Assembly (NCBI GenBank): GCA_030390025.1
Contig: JASTWF010000359.1
Coordinates: 434,001-479,372 of the forward strand
Source of the DNA: Squalus acanthias
Lineage: Eukaryota
DNA length: 45,372 nucleotides
Direction: 5' to 3'
Part shown: in pieces, positions 35,777 to 45,372 of the stretch
Layout of the letters: each line of letters starts with the position of its first letter
Numbering within the stretch: position 1 is the stretch's first letter
The notes under the pieces: model-generated
Told to the model about the DNA's origin: nothing
What the model saw: only the letters and a program-made list of their open reading frames with translations
Databases searched by the model: none
Program-made: the position numbers and the translations under genes

Positions 35777-36107
35777 TGCGTGTCTGCGTGGGTTTCCTCC
35801 GGGTGCTCCGGTTTCCTCCCACAGTCCAAAAATGTGCGGGTTAGGTTGATTTGGCTATGATAAATTGACCCTTAGTGTTAGGGGGGGATTAAATATGTGG
35901 GGTTATGGGGATAGGATGGGATATGTTAGGGGGAATTAAATACGTGGGGTTACGGGGGTAGGGTGGGATATGTGTACTGTGGGGATTAAAGCAGGGACAG
36001 GGTATTGGATTTGGATGATCAGCCATGATCGTATTGAATGGTGGAGCAGGCTCGACGGGCCGAATAGCCTACTCCTGCTCCTAGATTCTATGTTTCTATG
36101 TTTCTAT
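35777..36107 (+). mobile_element. HE1/V-SINE-like insertion (copy 2, produced by segmental tandem duplication)
   Basis: Matches copy 1 apart from one substitution that I noticed (G32517 vs A36066). Same junctions, offset 3549 bp. Confidence 0.85.
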
Positions 36108-39100
36108 GAACAGGAGGAGGCCATTCAGCCCCTCGAGCCTGTTACACGGGAACAGGAGGAGGCCATTCATCCCCCTCGAGCCTGTTACACAGGAACAGGA
36201 GGAGGCCATTCAGCCCCTCGAGCCTGTTACATTAGGAACATAAGGAGGCCATTTAGCCCCTCGACCCTGTTACATTAGGAACAGGAGGAGGCCATTCAGC
36301 CCCTCGAGCCTGTTACATTACGTACAGGAGGAGGCCATTCAGCCCCTCAAGCCTGTTACATTAGGAACAGGAGGAGGCCATTCAGCCCCTCGAGCCTGTT
36401 ACATTAGGAACAGGAGGAGGCCATTCAGCCCCTCGAGCCTGTTACATTAAGAACAGGAGGAGGCCGTTCAGCCACTCGAGACTGTTACATTAGGAACAGG
36501 AGGAGGCCATTCAGCCCCTCGAGCCTGTTACATTACGAACAGGAGGAGGTCATTCAGCCCTTCGAGCCTGTTACACAGGAACAGGAGGAGGCCATTCAGC
36601 CCCTCGAGCCTGTTACATTAGGAACTGGAGGAGGCCATTCAGCCCCCTCGAGCCTGTTACATGAGGAACAGGAGGAGGCCATTCAGCACCCCTCGAGCCT
36701 GTTACATTAGGAACAGGAGGAGGCCCGTTCAGCCCCTCGAGCCTGTTACATTAGGAACAGGAGGAGGCCATTCAGCCCCTCGAACCTTTTACTTTAGGAA
36801 CAGGAGGAGGCCATTCAGACCCTCGAACCTTTTACATTAGGAACAGGAGGAGGCCATTCAGCCTCATCGAACCTTTTACATTAGGAACAGGAGGAGGCCC
36901 ATTCAGCACCTCGAGCCTGTTACATTAGGAACAGGAGGGGGCCCATTCAGCCCCTCGAGCCTGTTACATTAGGAACAGGAGGTGGCCATTCAGCCCCTCG
37001 AACCTGTTACATTAGGAACAGGAGGAGGCCATTCAGCCCCATCGAACCTGTTACATTAGGAACAGGAGGAGGCCATTCAGCCCCCTTCGAGCCTGTAACA
37101 TTAGGAACAGGAGGAGGCCATTCAGCCCCCTCGAGCATGTTACATTAGGAACAGGAGGAGGCCATTCAGCCCCCCTCGAGCTTATTACTTTAGGAACAGG
37201 AGGAGGCCATTCAGCCCCTCGAGCCTGTTACATTAGGAACAGGAGGAGGCCGTTCAGTCCCTCGAGCCTGTTACATTAGGAACAGGAGGAGGCCCATTCA
37301 GCCCATCGAGTCTATTACATAAGGAACAGGAGAAGGCCATTCAGCCCCCTTCGAGCCTGTTACATTAGGAACAGGAGGAGGCCATTCAGCCCCCTCGAGC
37401 CTGTTACATTAGGAACAGGAGGAGGCCATTCAGCCCCCCTCGAGCATGTTACATTAGGAACAGGTGGAGGCCATTCAGCCCCCCTCGAGCATGTTACATT
37501 AGGAACAGGTGGAGGCCATTCAGCCCCCTCGAGCCTGTTACATTAGGAACAGGAGGAGGCCATTCAGCCCCTCGAGTCTGTTACATTAGGAACAGGAGGA
37601 GGCCGTTCAGTCCCTCGCGCCTGTTACATTAGGAACAGGAGGAGGCCATTCAGCCCCTCGAGCCTGTTACATTAGGAACAGGAGGAGGCCATTCAGCCCC
37701 TCGAGCCTGTTACACGGGAACAGGAGGAGGCCATTCATCCCCCTCGAGCCTGTTACATTAGGAACAGGAGGAGGCCATGCAGCCCCTCGACCCTGTTACA
37801 TTAGGAACAGGAGGAGGCCATGCAGCCCCTCAAGCCTGTTACATTAGGAACAGGAGGAGGCCAATCAGCCCCTCGAGCCTGTTACATTAGGAGCAGAAGG
37901 AGGCCATTCAGCCCCTCGAGCCTGTTACATTAGGAACAGGAGGAGGCCATTCAGCCCCTCGAGCCTGTTACATTAGGAACAGGAGGAGGCCATTCAGCCC
38001 CTCGAGCCTGTTACATTAGGAGCAGAAGGAGGCCATTCAGCCCCTCGAGCCTGTTACATTAGGAACAGGAGGAGGCCATTCAGCCCCTCGAGCCTGTTAC
38101 ATTAGGAACAGGAGGAGGCCCATTCAGCCCCTCGAGCCTGTTACATTAGGAACAGGAGGAGGCCATTCATCCCCTCGAGCCTGTTCCATTAGGAACAGGA
38201 GGAGGCTATTCAGTCCCTCGAGTCTGTTACATTAGGAACAGGAGGAGGCCATTCAGCCCCCTCGAGCCTGTTACATGAGGAACAGGAGGAGGCCATTCAG
38301 CCCCCCTCGAGCCTGTTACATTAGGAACAGGAGGAGGCCCATTCAACCCCTCGAGCCTGTTATAGTATTCACAGGAGGAGGCCATTCAGCCCCTTGAGCC
38401 TGTTACATTAGGAACAGGAGGAGGCCGTTCAGCCCCTCAAGCCTGATACACTAGGAACAGGAGGAGGCCATTCAGCCCCTCGAGCCTGTTAAATTAGGAA
38501 CAGGAGGAGTCCATTCAGCCCCTCGAGCCTGTTACATTAGGAACAGGTGGAGGCCATTCAGCCCCCTCGAGCCTGTTACACAGGAACAGGAGGAGGCCAT
38601 TCAGCCCCTCGAGCCTGATACATTAGGAACAGGAGGAGGCCATTCAGCCCCTTGAGCCTGTTTCATTAGGAACAGGAGGAGGCCATTCAGCCCCTCGAGC
38701 CTGTTACATTAGGAACAGGTGGAGGCCATTCAGCCCCCTCGAGCCTGTTACACAGGAACAGGCGGAGGCCATTCAGCCCCTCGAGCCTGATACATTAGGA
38801 ACAGGAGGAGGCCATTCAGCCCCCTCGAGCCTGTTACATTAGGAACAGGAGAAGTCCATTCAGCCCCTCGAGCCTGTTACGTTAGGAACAGGAGGAGGCC
38901 GTTCAGCCCCCTCGAGCCTGTCACACAGGAACAGGAGGAGGCCATTCAGCCCCTCGAGCCTGTTACATTAGGAATAGGAGGAGGCCATTCAGCTCCTGGA
39001 GCCTGTTACATTAGGAACAGGAGGAGGCCACGCAGCCCCTCGAGCCTCTTACATTAGCAACAGGAGGAGGTCATTCAGCCCCTCGAGCCTGTTACATTAG

Positions 39101-40075
39101 GAACAGGAGGAAGCCATTCAGCCCCTCGAGCCTGTTACATTAGGAACAGGAAGAGGCCATTCAGTCCCACTCGAGGCTGTTACATTAGGAACAGGAGGAG
39201 GCCATTCAGCCCCTCGAGCCTGTTGCATTAGGAACAGGAGGAGGCCGTTCAGCCCCTCGAGCCTGTTACATTAGGAACAGGAGTAGGCCGTTCAGCCCCC
39301 TTAAGCCTGTTACATTAGGAACAGGAGGAGGCCGTTCAGTCCCTCAAGCCTGTTACATTAGGAACAGGAGGAGGCCATTCAGCCGCTCGAGCCTGGTACA
39401 TTAGGAACAGGAGGAGGCCATTCAGTCCCCGCGAGCCTGTTACATTAGGAACAGGAGGAGGCCATTCAGCCGCTCGAGCCTGGTACATTAGGAACAGGAG
39501 GAGGCCATTCAGTCCCCGCGAGCCTGTTACATTAGGAACAGGAGGAGGCCATTCAGACCCTCGAGCCTGTTACATTAGGAACAGGAGGAGGCCATTCAGC
39601 CCCTCAAGCCTGTTACATGAGGAACAGGAGGAGGCCATTCAGCCCCTCGAGCCTGTTACATTAGGAACAGGAGGAGGCCATTCAGTCCCCATGAGCCTGT
39701 TACATTAGGCACAGGAGGAGGCCCATTCAGCCCCTCGAGCCTGTTACATTAGGAACAGGAGGAGGCCATTCAGCCCCACGAGCCTGTTACATTAGGAACA
39801 GGAGGAGGTCATTCAGCCCCTCGAGCCTGTTACATTAGGAACAGGAGGAGGCCATTCAGCCCCACGAGCCTGTTACATTAGGAACAGGAGGAGGTCATTC
39901 AGCCCCACAAGCCTGTTACATTAGGAACAGGAGGAGGCCATTCAGCCACTCGATCCTGTTACATTAGGAACAGGAGGAGGCCATTCAGCCCCTCGAGCCT
40001 GTTACACAGGAACAGGAGGAGGCCATTCAGCCCCTCGAGCCTGTTACATGAGGAACAGGAGCAGGCCATTCAGCC

Positions 40076-40705
40076 TGTCTTTGGCCCATATCCCTTAATA
40101 ACTTTGGTTAACAGTAATCTATCAATCTCCGATTTAAAATTAACAATTGATCTAGCATCAATTGCCATTTGAGGAAGAGAGTTCCAAACTTATACCTCCC
40201 TCTGTGTGTAGAAGTGTTTCCTAATTTCACTCCTGACAGGTCTGTCTCTAATTTTTAGTCTATGTCCCCTCGTCCTAGAATCCCCAACCAGTGGAAATAG
40301 TTTCTCTCTATCTACCCTATCTGTTTCCCTTAATATCCTGAAAACCTCGATCAAATCACCCCTTAACCTTCTAAATTCCCTTCTAAAGGCAATACAACCC
40401 TAGTTTGTGTAATCTCTCCTCATAATTTAACCCTTGGAGTCCGGGTATTGTTCTGGTAAACCTACGCGGCACTCCCTCCAAGGCCAATATATCCTTCCTG
40501 AGGTGTGGTGCCCAGAACTGCTCACAGTGCTCCAGGTGTGGTCTAACCAGGGCTTTGTAAAGCTGCAGCATAACTTCTACCCGCTTGTATTCTAGTCCTC
40601 TAGATATAAAGGCCAGCATTCCATTAGCCTTTTGGATTATTTTCTGGATCTGTTCATGATATTTTAATGATCTGTGTACCTGGACCCCCAAGTCTCTTTG
40701 GGCCT
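40076..40705 (-). mobile_element. 5'-truncated CR1 LINE, ORF2 C-terminal remnant (disrupted)
   Basis: QRDLGVQVHRSLK..KANGMLAFISRGLEYK..LYKALVRPHLEHCEQFWAPHLRKDILALE..RRFTR..YEERL, continuing past a stop as EFRRLRGDLIEVF..WNSLP..IKGYG. These are diagnostic CR1 motifs. Confidence 0.95.
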
Positions 40706-41267
40706 GTTCAGCTGTCCAAGGCATTTTAAAGGTGAGAGCCTATCAGTGCCAGGCTTGGGGTACTCCCAGTGCGCACAGCAATGCTCAAATTAAAGGAGAA
40801 CATACCGCTCCTGGGGTGTCCGGGACCAGACTTCTCCTGCATCCCAAGAGAGCCGGCAGAGGTAGCGCACGATGTGGCGCTACTTGCTGTATCACCACGG
40901 GGCAGGGGAGCGGGACCCCTGCTGGTCAGGGGTCCCAGATTGAGGGCCCAGGATACCCGCATCAAAGCACCATTCTACTGCTGGGCTCAGGAATCCCTTC
41001 GAACCCTGATCACACCATCAACGTTTGAAGTCGTCAAAGAAACCCGCAGAAATAATCCGAAAGGAGATTCAATCTGTGAAATGGTTGAACTTCAGCAAGG
41101 TGTCCCAGTGGGGACAGTCACCTTTGAATCTGCTCTTCTGGTGGCAGTGCTGCTCAGAGAGACAGACAGAGGCCAGACCCAGCTTGACGTGGGGAGACTG
41201 AGCTCTCAGCTCGGGGCAAGAGTTGCTTTCACACTGGGCAGACCTGCCCCACAAAGCCACCGTGGAT

Positions 41268-41511
41268 GGGGGTTGCCAACGATCCAGGACTGTCCTGGAG
41301 TCCCCAGGAATTGAAGCTGTATCTCCAGGACCCTGCTGCGAGCAGCACCCAGGCGGAAAAATCATCACGGGCGTTAAAACTATTGTGTATTTTTCACTTT
41401 TGTTTATTGGAGAAGGATAAAAACGTCTGTTTGAGCGGGCGGGGCGCTTGGAGCCCCGAGGTCATGTGATGGAACCACCAGGAACATGTCCAATCAGAGT
41501 TGGCGACCCTG
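41268..41511. mobile_element. Non-autonomous hAT-like DNA transposon (MITE), ~245 bp
   Basis: Terminal inverted repeats GGGTTGCCAAC ... GTTGGCGACCC(T). Possible decayed 8-bp TSD CCGTGGAT / CTGTAGGT (5/8 match). Confidence 0.7.
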
Positions 41512-42919
41512 CTGTAGGTGCACGTTGTCTTGAGTGATGCCACCAGTACCCTCAGCCTGCCGTGCCAAGTGAAGTGGGCACGATCGGAGGACCGGCACTG
41601 GAAGCGGCCCCACAGTGCAATTGTGTCGTAAAACAGGCAATCCTTCAGGTGGAAAAACAGGCGCGAGCACTGAGGGATTCTTCATGTGTTGGTTGGTAGA
41701 AGTGAGACAGAGCTGGAGTCAATCGACCATTTAACCTTCTAACATGTCCCAGCGGGGTTGTCACTTTAATCTACTGAGCAACCAATTTACACCACACAGT
41801 GCAGCCTGGCCCCTTCTTGTGGTAACCGCTGTCACTCGACACTTGAAAGCCCCCTGACTGTGTGTTTAGGCAGCCTCATGCTGAGACTCCATAATTACAC
41901 ACGGCCCTGACAGGCCGGCTAGTCTCGGGGGTGGCTTTTAGAGATGAATGGCCCGGCGAGGGAGGGGTGCACATGCCCGAGAGGTCACAGGTTAATAAGT
42001 TATCAGCAAGACTTTGTTACATTGTACTCTGCCTAATAATACGGTGTGGAGGTGCTATTACTATCAGCCTGTCTCCAGTCTGATTCATGGAGGCTGTTCT
42101 CCTGACTTGAAAGGGTTTGGGTGGGTCAAAGGGGACATGATAATTGAGGCAGTGTCAGTCAAGTCTTCCATTTGATGTCTCTTTGCTAATTATCCTTGTA
42201 TCATGCAGACTGTTACCGCAAACGGTTCCCGACCATTGTCATCGTTTAACACTGAACCCTCCCAACTGCCCTTTGCACGGAGAGGAGCTCGGCTTGTGAA
42301 GCAATGGGTGTAATATTGAATGCCCTCCAATCTCAGGACGAGCTGGACTCTGCTCACTGGGGAACTGCCCATCCCCTCTCACTGTTGCTGGGACACGAGA
42401 GCCACAAGCAGCTCGCCTCCCAGTGGCTCATCCAAGTGACCATTCTTCAGAAGAGCCAACTCCTCAGCCTAGGCGAACTGCGTGTCAGAAGTTTGTGCGC
42501 AGTGCGGTCCGATTGCCTACGTGCGCTCCAGCGGGCGAGCCTCCCCACCCCTCACCAGGATATTTGACCTTGCTAGGCATCACAGGCGAGTTCGATGCTG
42601 TCCACTCCTGAGGGGGATTCCCTATCCCAAGGCACTGAGGCCAAGTGTACCACCCATTCACCACTTGAGCAGAGTGATGTCCAGGAAGACTGAACAATAG
42701 GCAGCAAGGTCTAGACAGCCTCAGGTAACATGATTTCACACGCTCCCGGATCAGAACCTCCGAGGTTTCTGGTTCCCACTCACGTTCCTCCCACTTTTCC
42801 AGTTATTACTCTTAATAGCCGAGGGCCGCGAGTCGGGATGCCGCCCTACATGGCCGATCTGCCCTCTCTGCGAGCGGAAGTCCGCGCCCAAGACACAGAC
42901 TCGCGCCATTCCCCTCACA

Positions 42920-43187
42920 GAGGCACCCTTCCGACCCGCCGAGGTCCCACCTGCCTCTGCCATTGGTTCAGGTGGTCAGGAAAGATCCCGCCGGATTCGC
43001 TGAGGAAGAGCTGGGAGTTCTCGCTCACGCCACCAAAAACTGGTCATTCCTCTCGCGGCGGTGTCTGGGATCTTGCTGTGCACCACATGACGGCAGTGCT
43101 TGCCGAGGAACTGCACTACATGAAGTCATTTGATTGTAGGCCAAGCCCTGTGAGATTTATTAACAAGTCTCCATATAAATGCGAATG
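42920..43187 (+). mobile_element. Highly diverged DeuSINE remnant
   Basis: CCGAGGTCCC..CAGGTGGTCAGGAAAGATCCC..GAGGAAGAGCTGGGAGTTCTC..CTGGTCATT..GGGATCTTGCTGTGC..ATATAAATGC in the same order as 225-512. Confidence 0.7.
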
Positions 43188-43889
43188 ATGGGCCGGAGTT
43201 TGGTGCAAGCCCGCACCGCAGTGACGGCTTAGCTATGGCGGGAGCAACTATTACGGTGCAGGAGTTCCAGCCAATGAGGGCATGCGGGACTTAGGCCGAT
43301 ACTTACGCCAGGCCGTCATTTGCTGGGACTTTTACGCCCCTCAGCCATTACCCCTCGCTGAGAACAGCGAGCTGATAATTAGCGACAGAGCGCCTTGAAA
43401 CACGGGTGAGGGAGAGGGGGCAGGGTTTACATTTGATACCTCATCCTCCTTGTGCTTCAAACAGCCCCCCGCATCAGCTGTAATTCTGCCTGTGTGCCCT
43501 GTCTATCTCACTGAGGCACTGAAAGCCTGGAGAGTGACAGATAGTGGCCAGGAGGCTGGCTCTTTATGTTAAGACACCCTGCGCAGACGATGTTTACATG
43601 TGTTCAATATGTAGAGTGACTGGCCAGCTCGGGGGAGTGAGGAGTGACAGTAAAGGTGATCAGCACTCCCTCCCTCGGCCACTCCTCCATTTCCCCCCGC
43701 CCCTCCTCTATTACTGGGGGAGACGGGATCAATGGGCACCAGTCACACGCTAGTACCTCACCCATGTAGTCTTGGCTGAGTCCGTTCTTTCCCCCGGGTG
43801 CTCTCCCGCTCGACCGTCTTAACCTCAGCGAAAGACCCGCAGTCCGGGGTTCCCGTGGATATTCCGGCGAAGTTACAGCAGGCGATCGG

Positions 43890-44085
43890 GAATTCAACCC
43901 TTGAGTTTCAGCAGGCTATTCGACAATGGGCAGCGTCACCGCTGAGTCGAATTCTGATCCTGCCTTCGTCTGATATCCAGACTAGCGATCGGGAGCTGGA
44001 ACCTGGGCTGATTCTCCCGAGCTCAAGGCCCAGTTGCCAGCACAGACCAGGGACTGAAGCTGGGACCTTCTGGTCTGTGTGGCTT
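43890..44085 (-). mobile_element. Decayed, unnamed SINE-like element (related to 15992-16260)
   Basis: Minus strand AGCCACACAGACCAGAAGGTCCCAGCTTCAGTCCCTGGTCTGTGCTG..GAGAATCAGCCCAGGTTCC..GTCGAATAGCCTGC. Weak B-box-like GCTTCAGTCCC. Confidence 0.45.
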
Positions 44086-44123
44086 CCTTTGTTTCTTGCC
44101 AGGAATAATCTTTAGTCATAATA

Positions 44124-44457
44124 TTTTTTTTTAATTCGTTTATGGGATGTGGGCGTCGCTGGCAAGGCCAGCATTTATTGCCCATCCCTAGTCGCCCTCG
44201 AGAAGGTGGTGGTGAGCCGCCTTCTTGAACCGCTGCAGTCCGTGTGGTGAAGGTACTCCCACAGTGCTGTTAGGGAGGGAGTTCCAGGGTTTTGACCCAG
44301 CGACGATGAAGGAACGGCCGATTATATTTCCAAGTCAGGATGGTGTGTGACTTGATGGGGAACTTGGAGGTGGTGGTGTTCCCAGGCGCCTGCTGCCCTT
44401 GTCATTCTAGATGGTAGAGGTTGCGGGTTTGGGAGGTGCTGCCGAAGAAGCCTTGGC
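44124..44457 (-). mobile_element. 3' end of a second CR1/L2-group LINE family with an A-rich tail
   Basis: Minus strand encodes PRLLRQHLPNPQPLPSRMTRAAGAWEHHHLQVP, then after a frameshift SFIVAGSKPWNSLPNSTVGVPSPHGLQRFKKAAHHHLL. Followed by a short UTR and poly(A). Confidence 0.8.
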
Positions 44458-44571
44458 ATAACATTTTGGGCAGGTTAGCAACACAGTTCAAAAGGGGTTT
44501 TGAAGTACTTCATTCCAAGTAGTGGAATACATTTGGTTCTAATACTTCAAAGGATGCTCCTTTTACATGAA

Positions 44572-45021
44572 CAAAGAAAGAAAGACTTTTCTACAGCACC
44601 GCTGACGACCACCGGACGCCCCAAAGCGCTTTACAGCCAATGAAGTACTTTTTGAAATAAAAACAGAAAATGCTGGAAATACTCAGCAGGTCTCTCTGCA
44701 GATGCTGAGCATTTCCAGCAGTTTCTGTTTTTATTTCAGATTTCCAGCATCCGCAGTATTTCGCGTAAGTACTTTTGAAGTGCAGTCCCTGTTGTAATGT
44801 GGGAAACGCGGCAGCCAATTTGTGCACAGCAAGCTCCCACAAACAGCAATGTGTTAATGACCAGATAATCTGTTTTAGTGATGTTGATTGAGGGATAAAT
44901 ATTGGCCCCGGGACACCGGGGAGAACTCCCCTGCTCTTCTTCAAAATAGTGCCATGGAATCTTTTACGTCCACCTGAGTGAGCAGACGGGGCCTCGGTTT
45001 AACGTCTCATCCAAAAGATGG
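44572..45021 (-). mobile_element. DeuSINE (SacSINE1-like) body and tail, interrupted by a palindromic insertion
   Basis: Reverse complement of ~202-520 over its whole length except 44657-44766. Confidence 0.88.
44657..44766. mobile_element. Short palindromic insertion (possibly a Penelope-like remnant) with a ~13-bp TSD
   Basis: 36-bp arms at 44653-44688 and 44703-44738 (2 mismatches, 14-nt loop). Flanked by AAGTACTTTT(T)GAA at 44643-44656 and 44767-44779. Confidence 0.7.
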
Positions 45022-45372
45022 GAAGCACAGTTAGTGTTAGCACGGGCAAATTCATTTTTATCCACGCCATTGCACTTTGAAAGAATTCTGCTTTACTTTG
45101 AGCTACACAGGCTGTTTATTCTCCTTAATACATTTTGGTTCTTTTGCTAACATTCGGACTGAGGGAATGTTCTGTAGGATTCAGTCTCTCAGCCCACAGT
45201 GACGGAGGGCCTCAGATCGTGGCCTCCGTGCATCCCTCAGCCCGTGGCCCTGGATCATGGAATGTGCCAGCAGTTAGTGCTTGTCTCGGGAACAGTCCTG
45301 TGTTACGGAGCTGCTCGGGATGAAGCTCGACAAAAAAAACCACTGCATCTCCCTCCAGACATTCTTCGCAAA

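Larger units (their letters stand above)
26309..40075 (-). repeat. ~43-bp (41-45) minisatellite, roughly 300 copies, derived from the CR1 LINE 3' terminus
   Basis: Plus-strand unit GGAACAGGAGGAGGCCATTCAGCCCCTCGAGCCTGTTACATTA. Its reverse complement matches the CR1/HE1-type tail at 32498-32531 at 30/34 nt. Contiguous with the CR1 ORF2 remnant. Confidence 0.97.

Noticed and set aside
16223..40075. CRISPR-like appearance (regular repeats with partial palindromes)
   Set aside because: There are no unique spacers and no cas genes, and the context is vertebrate retroposons.
40383..40724. 113-aa ORF as a functional gene or active reverse transcriptase
   Set aside because: It is only the CR1 ORF2 C-terminal region, 5'-truncated and lacking the catalytic RT core, with stops downstream.
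40726..43188. ORFs of 60-181 aa in unique or GC-rich sequence
   Set aside because: No recognisable domain or convincing splice-site pair. Some run into a MITE or SINE remnant. Exons cannot be fully excluded without homology search.

Overview
This is eukaryotic (vertebrate) DNA, and the retroposon families point to a cartilaginous fish (shark). About 80% of the window is three giant tandem arrays, each apparently amplified in place from a short piece of a different retroposon. (1) A ~13 kb 33-bp array (2470-15490) lies inside a tRNA-headed Deu-domain SINE (SacSINE1-like), between its Pol III head and its body; the tail of a second such array sits at 1-200. (2) A ~9.5 kb array with a 43-51 bp unit (16223-25706) continues from a decayed, unnamed SINE-like element. 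(3) A ~13.8 kb ~43-bp array (26309-40075) is the reiterated 3'-terminal hairpin of a minus-strand CR1 LINE whose ORF2 remnant adjoins it. It carries two copies of an HE1/V-SINE-like insertion that mark a ~3.55 kb higher-order duplication. The rest is L2/CR1-group LINE remnants, more SINE fragments, a hAT-like MITE, a palindromic insertion with a target-site duplication, and some unique sequence. Nearly all listed ORFs are repeat artefacts. No gene is confidently identified; one weak terminal-exon candidate lies at 534-627. Family names come from recalled consensus features, not from a database search.
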